The position numbers and the translations under genes were made by a program. The notes beneath the pieces were generated by a model, which was not told the DNA's origin, searched no databases, and worked only from the letters and a program-made list of their open reading frames with translations. A stretch of DNA of 64,000 nt from Spirochaetia bacterium (GTDB lineage: Bacteria > Spirochaetota > Spirochaetia > SZUA-6 > Bin103), in contig CBDATQ010000001.1 in the NCBI GenBank assembly GCA_965199955.1, positions 480,001 through 544,000 on the forward strand, given 5' to 3'. Positions 35,224 to 47,431 of this stretch are shown here, piece by piece (position 1 is the stretch's first letter; each line of letters opens with the position of its first letter).

Positions 35224-36297
35224 TCAGCGTTCGAAGCGCGGCTGGCGCGGGGCGAAGTTCCGCTCCAGGTGCAGGTCGCTGCCGGCAAGCGGCAGCGCCA
35301 CGCGGGCGCCGCCGCGGCGGTGCGACTCGATGCAGGCGAAGATCAGCTCCGTGTTGGCGCGGGCGACGCGCACGCCGCCGCGCGGCGGCTGTCCCGTGTC
35401 CAGCGCGTGCGCGAGGTCGGCGATCAGGTTGACGGTCGAGCTGTCGCGGGTGAAGGGCGGGAAGGTGCCGGGGCGCAGCACGGGGTTCCCGCGGTGGTTC
35501 ACGCCCCCGGGCTCGCGCAGCAGGAACTCGCCGTCCAGACCCAGGGAGCCGATCACCGCCTGCTCGCACACCACCTCGACCTCGAACGGCCGGCCGGAGT
35601 CGGCCGCGAACGCCGTCACATCGTTGGCGAACTGCAGGCGCCCGCCGCCGTTCGGATCGCTGTCCAGCAGGCCGCCGTCCAGGTCGTCGCCTCCCTTGGT
35701 CAGGTGGAACTGCACCCATTCCACCGGCTGGTCGTCGTTCAGCCACTGGAACAGGTCGAAGACGTGGCTGCCCATGTTGAACAGGCCGTGCCCCTGGTGG
35801 ATGGTCATCGACAGCAGCCTGCCGTAGCGGCCGCCGTGGATGAGGTCCTTCATGACGGAGTACGGCGCCTCCCAGCGGCGGTTGGTGCCCATGTTGAAGG
35901 CGACCCCGTGGCGCTCGGTCGCCGCCACCATGGCGTCCGCCTGCGCGAGCGAGGCGGCCATCGGCTTCTCCGCGTAGATCGCGCGGGCGCCGTGCTCGGC
36001 GGCGGATATGACGAGCTCGGCGCGCTGCTCCGGCTGCGTGGCGACGCTGACGATGTCGGGCCGTTCGCGCGCAAGCATCTCGCGGTAGTCCCGGTAGCGC
36101 CGTTCCGGCGGCACCCCGTAGCGCTCGCCGGCGCGGTCCATCACGTCGGCGCGCTGGTCGGCCAGCGCCGCCAGCTCGGTGCGCGGACAGGCCACGTAGC
36201 CGGCCGCGTGCGACCAAGCCAGGGGTGAGGCGCTCTCGTTGTCGATGAACGCGCCGATGCGGCCGCAGCCGATCACCGCGGCCCGATAGGTCGTCAC
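35224..36297 (-). CDS. Gfo/Idh/MocA NAD(P)-dependent oxidoreductase
   Basis: AAVIGCGRIG, DIVSVAT, EKPMA, MGSH.FD; GTG start overlaps the oppF stop. Confidence 0.9.
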   Translation of the reverse strand: MTTYRAAVIGCGRIGAFIDNESASPLAWSHAAGYVACPRTELAALADQRADVMDRAGERYGVPPERRYRDYREMLARERPDIVSVATQPEQRAELVISAAEHGARAIYAEKPMAASLAQADAMVAATERHGVAFNMGTNRRWEAPYSVMKDLIHGGRYGRLLSMTIHQGHGLFNMGSHVFDLFQWLNDDQPVEWVQFHLTKGGDDLDGGLLDSDPNGGGRLQFANDVTAFAADSGRPFEVEVVCEQAVIGSLGLDGEFLLREPGGVNHRGNPVLRPGTFPPFTRDSSTVNLIADLAHALDTGQPPRGGVRVARANTELIFACIESHRRGGARVALPLAGSDLHLERNFAPRQPRFER

Positions 36298-37314
36298 GGG
36301 GCCTCCTTGCCCTGCCAGATCGGCCGGCCGCGCAACTCGATCTCCTGCCAGCGCAGGCACGCGCTCCAGTGTCCCGGAGCGACCTCCTCGAGCTGCGGCA
36401 CCTCCGTCCGGCAGCGCTCCTCGGCGTGCGGGCACCTGGTGTGGAACGGGCAGCCGGGCGGCGGGTTCGCGGGACTGGGAATCTCGCCCACCAGCACCTG
36501 GCGGCGGCGGGAGACGGCCGGATCGGGAACGGGGTAGTTCCACAGCAGCGCCTCCGTATAGGGGTGCAGCGGCTGCCGGTACAGCTCCATGCCGCCGGCG
36601 ATCTCGACCACGCGCCCCAGGTACATGACCGCGATCCGGTCGCTCATCCAGCCCACGACGCTCAGGCTGTGCGCGATGAACAGGTAGCTGAGGCCGCGGC
36701 TCTGCTGCATCTGCAGCAGCAGGTTGAGGATCTGCGCCTGCACCGACACGTCGAGCGCCGATACCGGTTCGTCGCAGATGATCAGCTCCGGCCCCAGGGC
36801 CAGCGCCCGCGCCAGGCCGATGCGCTGCCGCTGTCCGCCGGACAGCTCGTGCGGGTAGACGTTCATGTGGGCGCGTTGCAGCCCCACCGACTCCAGCAGC
36901 GCCCCCACCCGCTCCTTCAACGCCGCCCCGCCCGCCTGGCGGTGGGCGATGAGCGGCTCGCCGACGATCTCCAGCACCGGCATGCGCGGGTTGAGGGAGC
37001 TGTACGGGTCCTGGAAGATCATCTGCATGTGGCGCCGGGCGATCTTCTTGCCCTTGGTGTCCAGGGTCGTGATGTCCACGACCTGACCGCCGCCGGCGAA
37101 TTGCACGCTGCCGGCGGTGGCGTCGATCAGGCCCGCGACGACGCGTGCGATGGTGGTCTTGCCGGAGCCGCTCTCGCCGACGACGCCCAGGGTCTCACCG
37201 CGCCCCAGCTCCAGGTCGACGCCGTCCACGGCCTTGATCCAGCCCACGGTGTGGCGCAGGATCCCGCGCTGGATCGGAAAGTGCTTCTTGACGCCCTGGA
37301 TCCGCACCAGCGCG

Positions 37315-37334
<20 letters not shown>
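36294..37334 (-). CDS. Oligopeptide/dipeptide-type ABC ATPase (OppF-like)
   Basis: GESGSGKT, FQDPYSSLNP, LSGGQRQR, CPFHTRC. Confidence 0.93.
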
Positions 37335-38388
<1,054 letters not shown>

Positions 38389-38504
38389 CGGTCTACATCG
38401 CTCCGGACGCCCCTGCGGGCCCGCGAGCACGAGCTTGACACAACACGCCGTTAAGGTCTCAACTCAAGGGTCAGATCCTACCACAAGCGAGAGGAGAGGT
38501 AACG

Positions 38505-40385
38505 ATGGCACAAAGAATCGTGTTCGCTCCCATCATCGCGGCGTTGCTGCTGCTGGGGGTACCGACCGTGTTCGCGCAATTTCAGGAGTCGCCCCTGCTT
38601 GCGGCGAGGGTGGAGGCCGGCGACCTGCCACCGATCGAAGAGCGCATACCGGCGGACCCGTTCGTCCGGCAGGTTGAGGAGGAGATCGGCGAGTACTCCG
38701 GCACCATGCGCGTCGTCTCGCAGCACCAGTGGGGCTACGGAACCTTCTTCACGCAGGGTGAGATGCCGGGCCTGTTCCAGATCCCGATGTCGCTCGAAGA
38801 GCACGTGGCCATGGGCGGCCCGATCGCCGGGTTCGAGCCCAAGTACGCCGAGTACTACACGTGGCTGGACGACGGCGCCACCATGGAAGTGAAGATCCGC
38901 GAGGGCGCCAGGTGGTCCGACGGCCATCCGCTGACCGCCGTGGACATCATCTGGCCGTTCGAGAACATGTACACCAATCCCGGCTACTCGGCGCGCATGA
39001 CCAACCTGCAGAGCACCTACAAGGGCGAGCGCTTCGAGGTCACCCAGGTGGACGACCTGACGGTCCGCTTCCACTCGCCGGCGGGCCCGTGGGCCGGCCA
39101 GCTCCGGGAGACCTTCGAAGGGTATCCGCAGCCCGCGCACTACCTGGAGCAGCACCACCCGGACTTCGCCGACGGCAAGACCTGGGAGGACTTCCGCGCC
39201 GCCCGCTCCCGAGTCAACAACCTGGCGATACCGTCGCTGCAGGCGTGGCTCCCCGTCGAGACCGATGAGAGCACCGGCACGCTGTGGGAGCGCAATGCCT
39301 ACTACCCGGTGGTGGACGCCGATGGCAAGCAGCTTCCCTATTTCGATTACGTGCGCGTGAGCAGGGTGACGGACGGCGAGGCGCGCTACCTGTCCGTGAT
39401 CCAGGGCGAGGTGGACATCTGCGCCGCCGACTGCGGCGACCTCAACAAGCACGCGGTGCTGAAGGACAACGAGTCGCGCGGCAACTACGACACGCTGATC
39501 TGGAAGGGCTCGCGGCAGACCTCGCAGATTTCCTGGCGCTATCCCACCGGCCAGCAGCTCAAGGGCGCCGCACCCGGCACCCAGGACCCGAACTTCCAGG
39601 CTGCCGGCATGACCAACCAGTTCCGCCAGGCGCTGTCGATCGGCATCGACCGCGAGGAGATCAATGAGAAGCTGTTCGCCGGACTGGCGGTCCCGTCGGT
39701 GACCGGCATCCCGCGTGACCATGCCCTCTACGATCCGATTCAGGACACCTTCCTGGGACCGGACCGGGAGGAGGCGTGGAGGCTGTTCGCCGAGATCGGC
39801 ATCACGGACAGCGACGGCGACGGCATGCTGGAGTACGCGGACGGCTCCGACGTGCACATCTTCGTGCCGGGGGCGACCAACGGCCTGCTCAACGTGGAGA
39901 CCGTCGAGGCGCTCATCGACGAGTGGACGAAGCTGGGCGTCTCCACCACGCTGGTGGCCGCCGACTGGTCCACTATCGCCGGCAAGATGCGGGCCGGTGA
40001 GATCGCGTTGCAGGTCAGTACCGGCGTGCCCGACTACTCCCCGTTCCACTACCTGGGCATCTGGCACAACCGCGTCAGCTACGCCTGGGGAGATCCCATC
40101 GAGCAGCCGGAGAGCTACGACAAGGCGTTCGAGCTGGAGCTGGCGTACGCGTCCGCGACCACGGTCGAGGAGCAGCAGGCGGCGGCCAAGGCGTTCTTCA
40201 ACCACATCGCCACGGAGTCGTTGAGCTGGCCGGCGTTCGTCACCGAGCGGCCGCAGCAGGTGATCCGGCACAAGTGCATGGGCAACGTCCCCGACGTGCG
40301 CGTGTTCCAGAAGTTCATGATGACGGCCAAGACCGACCAGTGGTTCGTCCACTCGGACTGCAGCTACCCGCGCCCCGGCGGCTAG
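38505..40385 (+). CDS. Family 5 ABC substrate-binding protein (AgpA-like, oligosaccharide-type)
   Basis: Signal peptide, FQESPLLA..GDLPPIEERIP, WSDGHPLTA.D, RNAYY..D..GKQLPY, DSDGDG; RBS GAGG. Confidence 0.9.
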   Translation: MAQRIVFAPIIAALLLLGVPTVFAQFQESPLLAARVEAGDLPPIEERIPADPFVRQVEEEIGEYSGTMRVVSQHQWGYGTFFTQGEMPGLFQIPMSLEEHVAMGGPIAGFEPKYAEYYTWLDDGATMEVKIREGARWSDGHPLTAVDIIWPFENMYTNPGYSARMTNLQSTYKGERFEVTQVDDLTVRFHSPAGPWAGQLRETFEGYPQPAHYLEQHHPDFADGKTWEDFRAARSRVNNLAIPSLQAWLPVETDESTGTLWERNAYYPVVDADGKQLPYFDYVRVSRVTDGEARYLSVIQGEVDICAADCGDLNKHAVLKDNESRGNYDTLIWKGSRQTSQISWRYPTGQQLKGAAPGTQDPNFQAAGMTNQFRQALSIGIDREEINEKLFAGLAVPSVTGIPRDHALYDPIQDTFLGPDREEAWRLFAEIGITDSDGDGMLEYADGSDVHIFVPGATNGLLNVETVEALIDEWTKLGVSTTLVAADWSTIAGKMRAGEIALQVSTGVPDYSPFHYLGIWHNRVSYAWGDPIEQPESYDKAFELELAYASATTVEEQQAAAKAFFNHIATESLSWPAFVTERPQQVIRHKCMGNVPDVRVFQKFMMTAKTDQWFVHSDCSYPRPGG

Positions 40386-40406
40386 CCGCACGACGTTGCT
40401 GAGCGC

Positions 40407-40440
40407 GAGAGTCGGTGGAACATCGGTTCCACCGACTCTC
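40407..40440 (+). terminator. Perfect 15-bp hairpin between the SBP and permease genes
   Basis: GAGAGTCGGTGGAAC-ATCG-GTTCCACCGACTCTC. Confidence 0.65.
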
Positions 40441-40463
40441 CTTGTCATGGAGAGTGAAGAGCG

Positions 40464-41462
40464 GTGACCACGTTCGTCGTGCGGCGCCTGCTCGCCATGA
40501 TCCCGACGTTCCTGATCGTCTCCTTCCTGGTGTTCGCGGTCATCCAGTTGCCGCCGAGCAACTGGGTGGAGCGCTTCGTGCTGGAGTTCTACCAGGACCG
40601 GGGCGGCACCTTTGCCACCGAGCAGTACAAGCAGATGGTGGAGGAGCTCACCCTGCGCTATCAGCTCGACAAGCCCTACCTGGTGAAGTACGTCACCTGG
40701 TTCACCAACTTCCTGCGCGGCGACATGGGGGAGTCGTTCGCCTACAACACCGAGGTCAACGAGATCCTGTGGAAGCGCGTGCCGTTCAGCATTGCGGTCG
40801 CGCTGATGTCGCTGCTGTTCGTCTACGCCGTGGGACTGCCGATCGGCATCTACTCGGCATTGCACAAGAACAAGATCTCCGACCACATCGCCACCTTCGC
40901 CGGCTTCATCGGGCTGTCGATCCCGAACTTCTTCCTGGCGCTGATCCTGATGGTGTTCGCGCTGCTCGTGCTCGACTTTCCGGTCGGCGGCCTGTTCTCG
41001 CCCGATCTCCGGAGCGCGCCGTGGAGCTGGGCGAAGCTGGTGGATTTTCTCAAGCACGTGTGGATCGCCGTCGTCGTGATCGGCACCGCGGGCACGGCGA
41101 GCATCATCCGCGTCGTGCGCGGCAACCTGCTGGACGTGATCGGCGAGCCGTACATCACCGCGCTGCGCGCCAAGGGACTGCCGGAGCGCACCGTGACGGT
41201 CAAGCACGCGGTGCGCATCGCCATCAACCCCGTGATCACCGCCCTGGGGCTGTGGCTGCCGACCCTGATATCGGGGGAGACGATCGTCTCCATCGTCATG
41301 AACATCCCGACCGCGGGACCGCTGCTGTACGCGGCGCTGCGCAACGAGGACATCTACCTGTCGGGCAGCATCCTCATGGTGCTGGCCGTGTTTCTGCTGA
41401 TCGGCAACCTGCTGGCCGACATCGCCCTGGCCTGGTTCGATCCGCGCATCCGCTACGAGTGA
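40464..41462 (+). CDS. Opp-type ABC permease (OppB-like)
   Basis: IQLPP, GDMGES, LSIPNF, RAKGL, DPRIR. Confidence 0.92.
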   Translation: MTTFVVRRLLAMIPTFLIVSFLVFAVIQLPPSNWVERFVLEFYQDRGGTFATEQYKQMVEELTLRYQLDKPYLVKYVTWFTNFLRGDMGESFAYNTEVNEILWKRVPFSIAVALMSLLFVYAVGLPIGIYSALHKNKISDHIATFAGFIGLSIPNFFLALILMVFALLVLDFPVGGLFSPDLRSAPWSWAKLVDFLKHVWIAVVVIGTAGTASIIRVVRGNLLDVIGEPYITALRAKGLPERTVTVKHAVRIAINPVITALGLWLPTLISGETIVSIVMNIPTAGPLLYAALRNEDIYLSGSILMVLAVFLLIGNLLADIALAWFDPRIRYE

Positions 41463-41465
41463 CGA

Positions 41466-42584
41466 ATGGCAACTGAGAGCGCGATCGTCGCGGAGGCCCC
41501 CCAGCACCTCACCGGCCGCACCGTCGGGCAGCTTATCTGGCGCCGGTTCCGCCGCAACCGGCTGGCGCGCACCGCCGGCATCGTGATCGCGGTCCTGCTG
41601 GTGATGGCGCTGCTGGCTCCGTTCCTCAGCACCATGGATCACACCGAGCAGTCCTCCAGGCACCTGTTCGCGCCTCCGCAGCGCATCTACTTCCGCGACC
41701 ACGACACTGGCCGCCTGACGCGCCCGTACGTCTACAACCTGGACAAGACGCGCGACCGCGAAACCCTCAGGATCTTCTACACGGAGGATCGCGAGCAGCG
41801 CTTTCCCATCCTGTTCTTCCAGCGCGGCGAGCCGTACCGGATCCTGTGGATCATCCCGGGCAGCGTGCGCCTGATGAGCGTCGGCGAGGGCGCGCGCTGG
41901 AATTTCTGGGGCACCGACTCGCTGGGCCGCGACCTCTACTCGCGGATCCTGCGCGGCTCGCAGGTCAGCCTGTCGGTGCCGTTCGTCGGCACCTTCCTGA
42001 CCATCCTGATCGGCTCCGTCATGGGCATGATCTCCGGCTATTTCGCGGGGCGCGTGGACCACTACATCCAGCGCTTCATCGAGGTGCTGATCGCGCTGCC
42101 GTCGCTGCCGCTGTGGCTGGCGCTGGCCGCCGCCATGCCGCTGAGCATGCCCTCCGGGTACCGCTATCTGCTCATCATCGTGATCCTGTCGATCATCGAC
42201 TGGGGCGGCCTGGCGCGCGTGGTGCGCGGCAAGGTGCTGCAGTATCGCGGCGAGGACTTCGTGGCCGCCGCGCAGATGTCGGGCGCCGGCCTGGGCCGCA
42301 TCATCTTCCGCCACCTGGTTCCGGGCACGCTGAGCCATCTGATCGTGGTCTCCAGCCTCTCCATCCCCGGGGTGATCCTGGGCGAGAGCGCGCTGAGCTT
42401 CCTGGGCGTGGGCATCACGCCGCCGCTGACGAGCTGGGGGGTGCTGCTGCAGGACGCGCAGAAGATCGAGGTGCTCATCCAGCACCGCTGGCTGGTCCTG
42501 CCGGGCATCTTCATCGTCATCACCGTGCTGGCGTTCAATTTCTTCGGCGACGGCGTGCGCGACGCCGCGGATCCCTACTCCTGA
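41466..42584 (+). CDS. Opp-type ABC permease (OppC-like)
   Basis: WRRFRRN, GTDSLGRD, ESALSFLG, FNFFGDGVRDAADP. Confidence 0.92.
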   Translation: MATESAIVAEAPQHLTGRTVGQLIWRRFRRNRLARTAGIVIAVLLVMALLAPFLSTMDHTEQSSRHLFAPPQRIYFRDHDTGRLTRPYVYNLDKTRDRETLRIFYTEDREQRFPILFFQRGEPYRILWIIPGSVRLMSVGEGARWNFWGTDSLGRDLYSRILRGSQVSLSVPFVGTFLTILIGSVMGMISGYFAGRVDHYIQRFIEVLIALPSLPLWLALAAAMPLSMPSGYRYLLIIVILSIIDWGGLARVVRGKVLQYRGEDFVAAAQMSGAGLGRIIFRHLVPGTLSHLIVVSSLSIPGVILGESALSFLGVGITPPLTSWGVLLQDAQKIEVLIQHRWLVLPGIFIVITVLAFNFFGDGVRDAADPYS

Positions 42585-44219
42585 CCCCGGATCCGTCCGC
42601 GGAGCTCCGGCCGTCCCCCCGCGGCGAGCGGCGGCTGCTCTACGTCAGCGATCCGTCGCTGATCGCCAGCCGCTACCTTCCGGACCCGGTCACGGAGGCG
42701 CACCTGCGCGACTGGATCGACGACGTCGCCGCGGCCGGCCCGGACCTGTTCATCCAGGAGGTGTACACGCAGGGCTGGACCACCTACTGGCGCAGCCCCG
42801 GCTTCGACTACGACGCGCGGCTTCAGCACCGTCGCTTCCTGCCGCTGCTGGATCAGGGCACGCAGCCGTTCGGGATTCTGCTCAGCCAGTGCCGGTCGCA
42901 CGGCATGGAGGTGATGGGCGGGTTCCGGATGAACGACAACCATACCGACTCGGTGCGGCAGGGAGTGGGCGCCGGCGCCGGTTTCATCGTCGACAACCCG
43001 CAGTTCCGGCTGCGGGACGCCCCGCCGGGCCCGACGTACCGCCTGAGCGAGCCGCTGGACTTCAGCTTTGCCGAGGTGCGCGCCTACGTGCTCAGCGTGA
43101 TCACGCGCTTCCTGGAGACGTTCGCCGTGGACGGCGTCGAGCTCTGCTTCCGCGATAACCGCTACTTCCCGCCGGGAACCGGCCCCGAGCGGGAGCACCT
43201 GATGACCGACCTGGTAAGGCAGGTGCGCGCGCTGCTCGACCGCACCGGGGCGGGGAAGCGGCTGCTGCTGGGGTGCCGCGTGCCGTCCACCATCGACGAG
43301 TGCCACGTGATGGGGCTCGACCTTCCCACCTGGGTCGGTGACGGGCTGGTGGACCACGTGGCGCCTCAGGACACGATGTACGCCGAGGCAAACATCCCCT
43401 ACGCCGAGTGGCGGGAGTTGACCGAGGGGGGGGCCGTGCCGGCTGTACCCGGCACTGATGAACTGGGCCAGCCACCGCTCGCGCCGGCGCATGGGCCAGC
43501 AGCCGATCACCCAGGACCATCGCCGCGCCCTGGCCACCAGCATGTACGCGCAGGGCGCGGACGGGATCTCGCTGTACAACCACTTCCTGGTGATGACCTG
43601 GTCGGGCGGCGACGAAGGCGACTGGACCTCCCGCGGCGTCGGCGCCCACGCTCCCTTCTACCCATTTGCCCTGCACGACATGGAGGACCTGCGCACCCCC
43701 GAGCTGGCGCTGCGGGGCCGCCGCCACTACGTGTTCGACCCCACCCTGGGCGGCCTGGGTGGGTTTGGGCCCGACCGCGCCGCCAGCGGCAAGGTCAAGG
43801 CGCAGCGGGCGGTGCTGCGACGCCCCGGCGGCGCCGCGTCGTATCGGTTCCGGCTGTACGAGGACCTGGAGAACGTGGCCGCGGCCATGCTGCTGTTCCG
43901 CGCATACCACCTGTCGCTCGCCGACACGCTCGCGGTGAGCCTGAACGGGCGCCCGGTGCCCGACCGCGGACTGCGGCGCCGTGACGACGAGGTGCGCATC
44001 GACCTGCGGCCAAGCGAGGTGCCGCCCGGCCCCGACGCTGAAGCGAGCCGTGCGGACACGCGTCCCTTCGTGACCTACTGGTTCCCGCTCACCGCCGATC
44101 TGACCGTGCGCGGCGAGAACAGCCTGGATCTGCGGCTTGAGCGCAGCGACCCCGCAGCGCAGGAAGCCGCGGTCGTCGAGGAGGTCGAGGTATACCTCGT
44201 CCCCCGCGCTGTCACATGA
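42581..44219 (+). CDS. GHL10/DUF187-like TIM-barrel protein, paralog 2; frameshift in the G8 run at 43426-43433
   Basis: LYVSDPS, YDARLQHRRF, FRMNDNH; removing one G gives GPCRLYPALMNW..GADGISLYNHF; close paralog of 59306-60892; only a CTG start is available. Confidence 0.72.
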
Positions 44220-44237
44220 TGGCTCCGGGAGGATCGC

Positions 44238-45326
44238 ATGCCCCACATATCCTGGCAGAGAACGGTAGCCAGAGACGGCTGGCACAACATGGGCACCGAT
44301 CTCTGCTTCTGGCGAGATTGCTACTGGTTGGTGTACTCGCGTAACGCAGCGCACGTCTCTCCGGAGGGAACGATCGCCGTCATGCGGTCGCTCGACCTGA
44401 AGCGGTGGCACACCGTCACGATCATCGATTCAGGACTGAACGACCGTGATCCCAAGCTCCTTGCCACCGACGACAAACTCTTCGTGTATTTTTTTGGCTG
44501 CCGGTTCAGCGCCGCGGACGGCGAGCTGCGGCAAGTGGGGCACACCTACCTTTCCTCGAGCGAAAACGGCGTGAGCTGGACGGACCCGGTGCAGATCCAC
44601 AAGTCGAACTACTGGCTGTGGAGCATCAGGCAGCACCAGGGCGCCTTCTACTCTGCCGAGAAGGGCGGCGAGCTCCTGACCAGCTCCGACTGCCTGAACT
44701 GGAAGACGGTGAGCCGTATCCCTCTCGCCGAGGACGACGTCGTGGATCCGACCGATCCGACGTTCGATCCACGCACGGTGACGCACAAGCCCTGCAACTC
44801 CATCAGCGAAACGGACTTCATCTTTCGACCGGACGGCGAGCTCTGGTGCGTGTCGAGGACGAACCGCGAACCGGACGACTCGATCTTCTACTGGTCCAGA
44901 CCGCCGTATCGAGAGTGGGATTGGGTGGACCTGAAGACCAGGATCCACTGTCCGGCAATCTGCGAATGTGACGGAGTGTTGTACGTGGCCGGCAGGAGAA
45001 GCACGGACACCGCATGGAAGATTCAGCCGACGCCGGCGGGCAACACGGCGATGTTCGTGCTCGAGAAGGGGAAGGTCGAGCCGTTTCTGGCACTCGCAAG
45101 CGAAGGCGACGCGGCCTACCCTGGCCTGATCGCCACGGGGCCGCGCACGCTGGTGATGAGCTACTACTCACAGCATGCGTACCTGGGTGGCGTGGTGCCT
45201 GCCGACACGAATACGTCGGGCTATCTGCCGGAGTTGGACGACAGAGCGATGCGAATGACCGGCCCCGCCGACATCTTCCTCGCCGAGATCGACACCGAGG
45301 AGGAGGGCCGCGAGGTCCGATTCTAG
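44238..45326 (+). CDS. Sialidase-like beta-propeller, subfamily C
   Basis: HNMGTDL, DRDPKL, SENGVSW, WLW, SET, GDAAYPG, MSYYSQH. Confidence 0.7.
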   Translation: MPHISWQRTVARDGWHNMGTDLCFWRDCYWLVYSRNAAHVSPEGTIAVMRSLDLKRWHTVTIIDSGLNDRDPKLLATDDKLFVYFFGCRFSAADGELRQVGHTYLSSSENGVSWTDPVQIHKSNYWLWSIRQHQGAFYSAEKGGELLTSSDCLNWKTVSRIPLAEDDVVDPTDPTFDPRTVTHKPCNSISETDFIFRPDGELWCVSRTNREPDDSIFYWSRPPYREWDWVDLKTRIHCPAICECDGVLYVAGRRSTDTAWKIQPTPAGNTAMFVLEKGKVEPFLALASEGDAAYPGLIATGPRTLVMSYYSQHAYLGGVVPADTNTSGYLPELDDRAMRMTGPADIFLAEIDTEEEGREVRF

Positions 45327-45486
45327 CCTCGGCGAGGCGGAGTGGGTGAGCGGCCGCACGGCGATGCCGCTGGTTGACATGCCCGCCGGCACGCGCAACC
45401 CTCCATTATCGGCGCGATTGACGCGTCGCTTGAGGATCGCCGCGACCGCGGGACCAAAATCGCGGTCGCGCACAAAGGAGAAGACG

Positions 45487-47325
45487 GTGGTAACACGCAG
45501 ACTCTGGTCTCTCGCAACGCTCGCCACGGGGCTGACGCTCCTCGCCGCCACGCACGGCGTGGCCGAGTATCAGGAATCGCCGATGCTGGCGGAGATGGTA
45601 GCCAACGGAGAGCTGCCACCCGTGGAGGAACGCGTGTCGAACAACCCGTTCGTGCGCGAGGTCCACAGCGAGATCGGCACGTACGGCGGCACGTTTCTCG
45701 GCGTCGACCAGGGCAAGCCGAGCATCGGCTGGCTGAACCTGGCCGGCTACAACACGGAGGGCGGCGGCATCGCCTTCGACATCCCGTTCGACGTCCACCA
45801 GTGGGTCGAGGACGGCATGCACCTGGGCGCGGACACGCTCAATCCCTTCTACTTCGAGAGCTACACGATCAACGACGACTTCACCGTGTTCGAGGGGACG
45901 ATCCGAGAGAACGCGCGCTGGTCGGACGGCGAGCCGTTCACCGCCGAGGACATCGCCTGGGTCTACAACATGGTCCACATCCACCCGGAGGTGAACCAGA
46001 TTCCGCGATGGTTCGCTCAGATCGGCGACGACGTGGTCCAGGTAGAGGCGATCAGCGATCGCACGGTGCGCTTCACGTCGCCGGTGCCGCATCCGCTGAT
46101 GCACATGTGGATCCTGGCCGAGAGCACCCATGCCAAGCACTGGCTCGAGGACTACCACCCGGAGGTGAACTCCGACCGGAGCTACGAGGACCTGCATCGC
46201 CGCATGAACCGGGAGGAGCATCCCCAGCAGCCGTGGCTCGGCCCGTGGGTGCTGGAGAGCTATGACCCGGCCACCAAGCTGGTCGCGGTGAGGAATCCCT
46301 ACTATCCCGTGGTCGACACGGAGGGGAATCAGCTTCCCTACATCGATCGCATCGAGCGGCGCTCGGTGGCGAACAAGGAGGCGGCCATCCTGGCGATGGT
46401 CCAGGGCGAGGTGACCGCGCAGCAGGGACTCATCGCGCTGTCCGACCTGCAGGTTCTGCGCGAGGGCCAGTCGCGCGGTGACTACACCATCGACATGTGG
46501 ACGGGCGGCGCCCGGCAGGGGTGGGTCAACCTCATTGTCGAGCCGACCGATGAGAAGCTGGCCAAGTACATCCGGGAGATCGACTTCCGTCGGGCGCTGT
46601 CGCTGGCTCTGAACCGCGACGAGATGAACGACACCCTGTTCTTCGGACTGGGTGAGACCGCGGGCACGGTCGTGTCGCCGAACTCGGTGTTCTACGACCC
46701 GCGGATGGACACGTACGCCGAGTACGATCCCGACCGCGCGCGCAGCCTCCTGGAAGGCCTCGGCCTGAAGGACAGCAACGGCGACGGCCTGCTCGAGTAT
46801 CCGGAGGGCGGCAACGTGACGATGGTGCTCGACGTGCACTCGGGGGTACCCGACACGATCCCGCCGTCCGAGCTGATCGTCGGCTACTGGAAGGAGATCG
46901 GCATCGACGCCACCATGGACGTCCTGGCCGGTTCGGGCTGGGCCGCGCGCTGCGGCGGCGACGGAGAGGCCATCATGTGGGTCGGCCCGTCGTTCGAGCC
47001 GTACCTGCCGAACACCTTCCTGGGGCGCCAGTTCAGCCCGCTGTCGCACATGTGCGGGCACGGCCTGGTGGACCCGCCGCAGGAGTACAAGGACATCTGG
47101 GAGCTGGAGCAGGAGCTGACCTCGGAGCTCGACGCGGAGCGGTTCGTCGAGCTGGTCAAGGACTTCTACGTCATGATGGGCGAGGACGTGCTGTTTCAGA
47201 TCGCCCACATCGCCGAGGTTCCGATTCCGGTGCTGCGCAGCAACAAGATCGGCAACATGCCCGAGACGGGCGTGAAGCTGAAGGGAATCATGTCCGCGCA
47301 CCTGGATCAGTTCTACTTCAAGTAG
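45487..47325 (+). CDS. Family 5 ABC substrate-binding protein (AgpA-like)
   Basis: AAGGAG RBS plus GTG; signal peptide; YQESPMLA..GELPPVEERV, WSDGEPFTAED, RNPYY..DTEGNQLPYID. Confidence 0.9.
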   Translation: MVTRRLWSLATLATGLTLLAATHGVAEYQESPMLAEMVANGELPPVEERVSNNPFVREVHSEIGTYGGTFLGVDQGKPSIGWLNLAGYNTEGGGIAFDIPFDVHQWVEDGMHLGADTLNPFYFESYTINDDFTVFEGTIRENARWSDGEPFTAEDIAWVYNMVHIHPEVNQIPRWFAQIGDDVVQVEAISDRTVRFTSPVPHPLMHMWILAESTHAKHWLEDYHPEVNSDRSYEDLHRRMNREEHPQQPWLGPWVLESYDPATKLVAVRNPYYPVVDTEGNQLPYIDRIERRSVANKEAAILAMVQGEVTAQQGLIALSDLQVLREGQSRGDYTIDMWTGGARQGWVNLIVEPTDEKLAKYIREIDFRRALSLALNRDEMNDTLFFGLGETAGTVVSPNSVFYDPRMDTYAEYDPDRARSLLEGLGLKDSNGDGLLEYPEGGNVTMVLDVHSGVPDTIPPSELIVGYWKEIGIDATMDVLAGSGWAARCGGDGEAIMWVGPSFEPYLPNTFLGRQFSPLSHMCGHGLVDPPQEYKDIWELEQELTSELDAERFVELVKDFYVMMGEDVLFQIAHIAEVPIPVLRSNKIGNMPETGVKLKGIMSAHLDQFYFK

Positions 47326-47361
47326 GCCTTGGCAGATCCGATCGCAGGAGGCTGATCCTTT

Positions 47362-47395
47362 AGGGACTGGCGGGTTCTCCCGTCAGTCCCTTTTT
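47362..47395 (+). terminator. Intrinsic terminator/stabilising hairpin after the SBP gene
   Basis: AGGGACTGGCGGG-TTCT-CCCGTCAGTCCCT followed by TTTT. Confidence 0.8.
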
Positions 47396-47431
47396 GACTA
47401 GGCGCCATTCGACCAAGCCCCATTTGAACCC

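Noticed and set aside
38435..38485. TTGACA and a GGTCAGATCCTACC operator-like site before the SBP at 38505
   Set aside because: No convincing -10 box, an imperfect dyad, and no cognate regulator in the window.
38478..42485. 1335-aa minus-strand ORF
   Set aside because: Antisense shadow of the SBP and permease genes.
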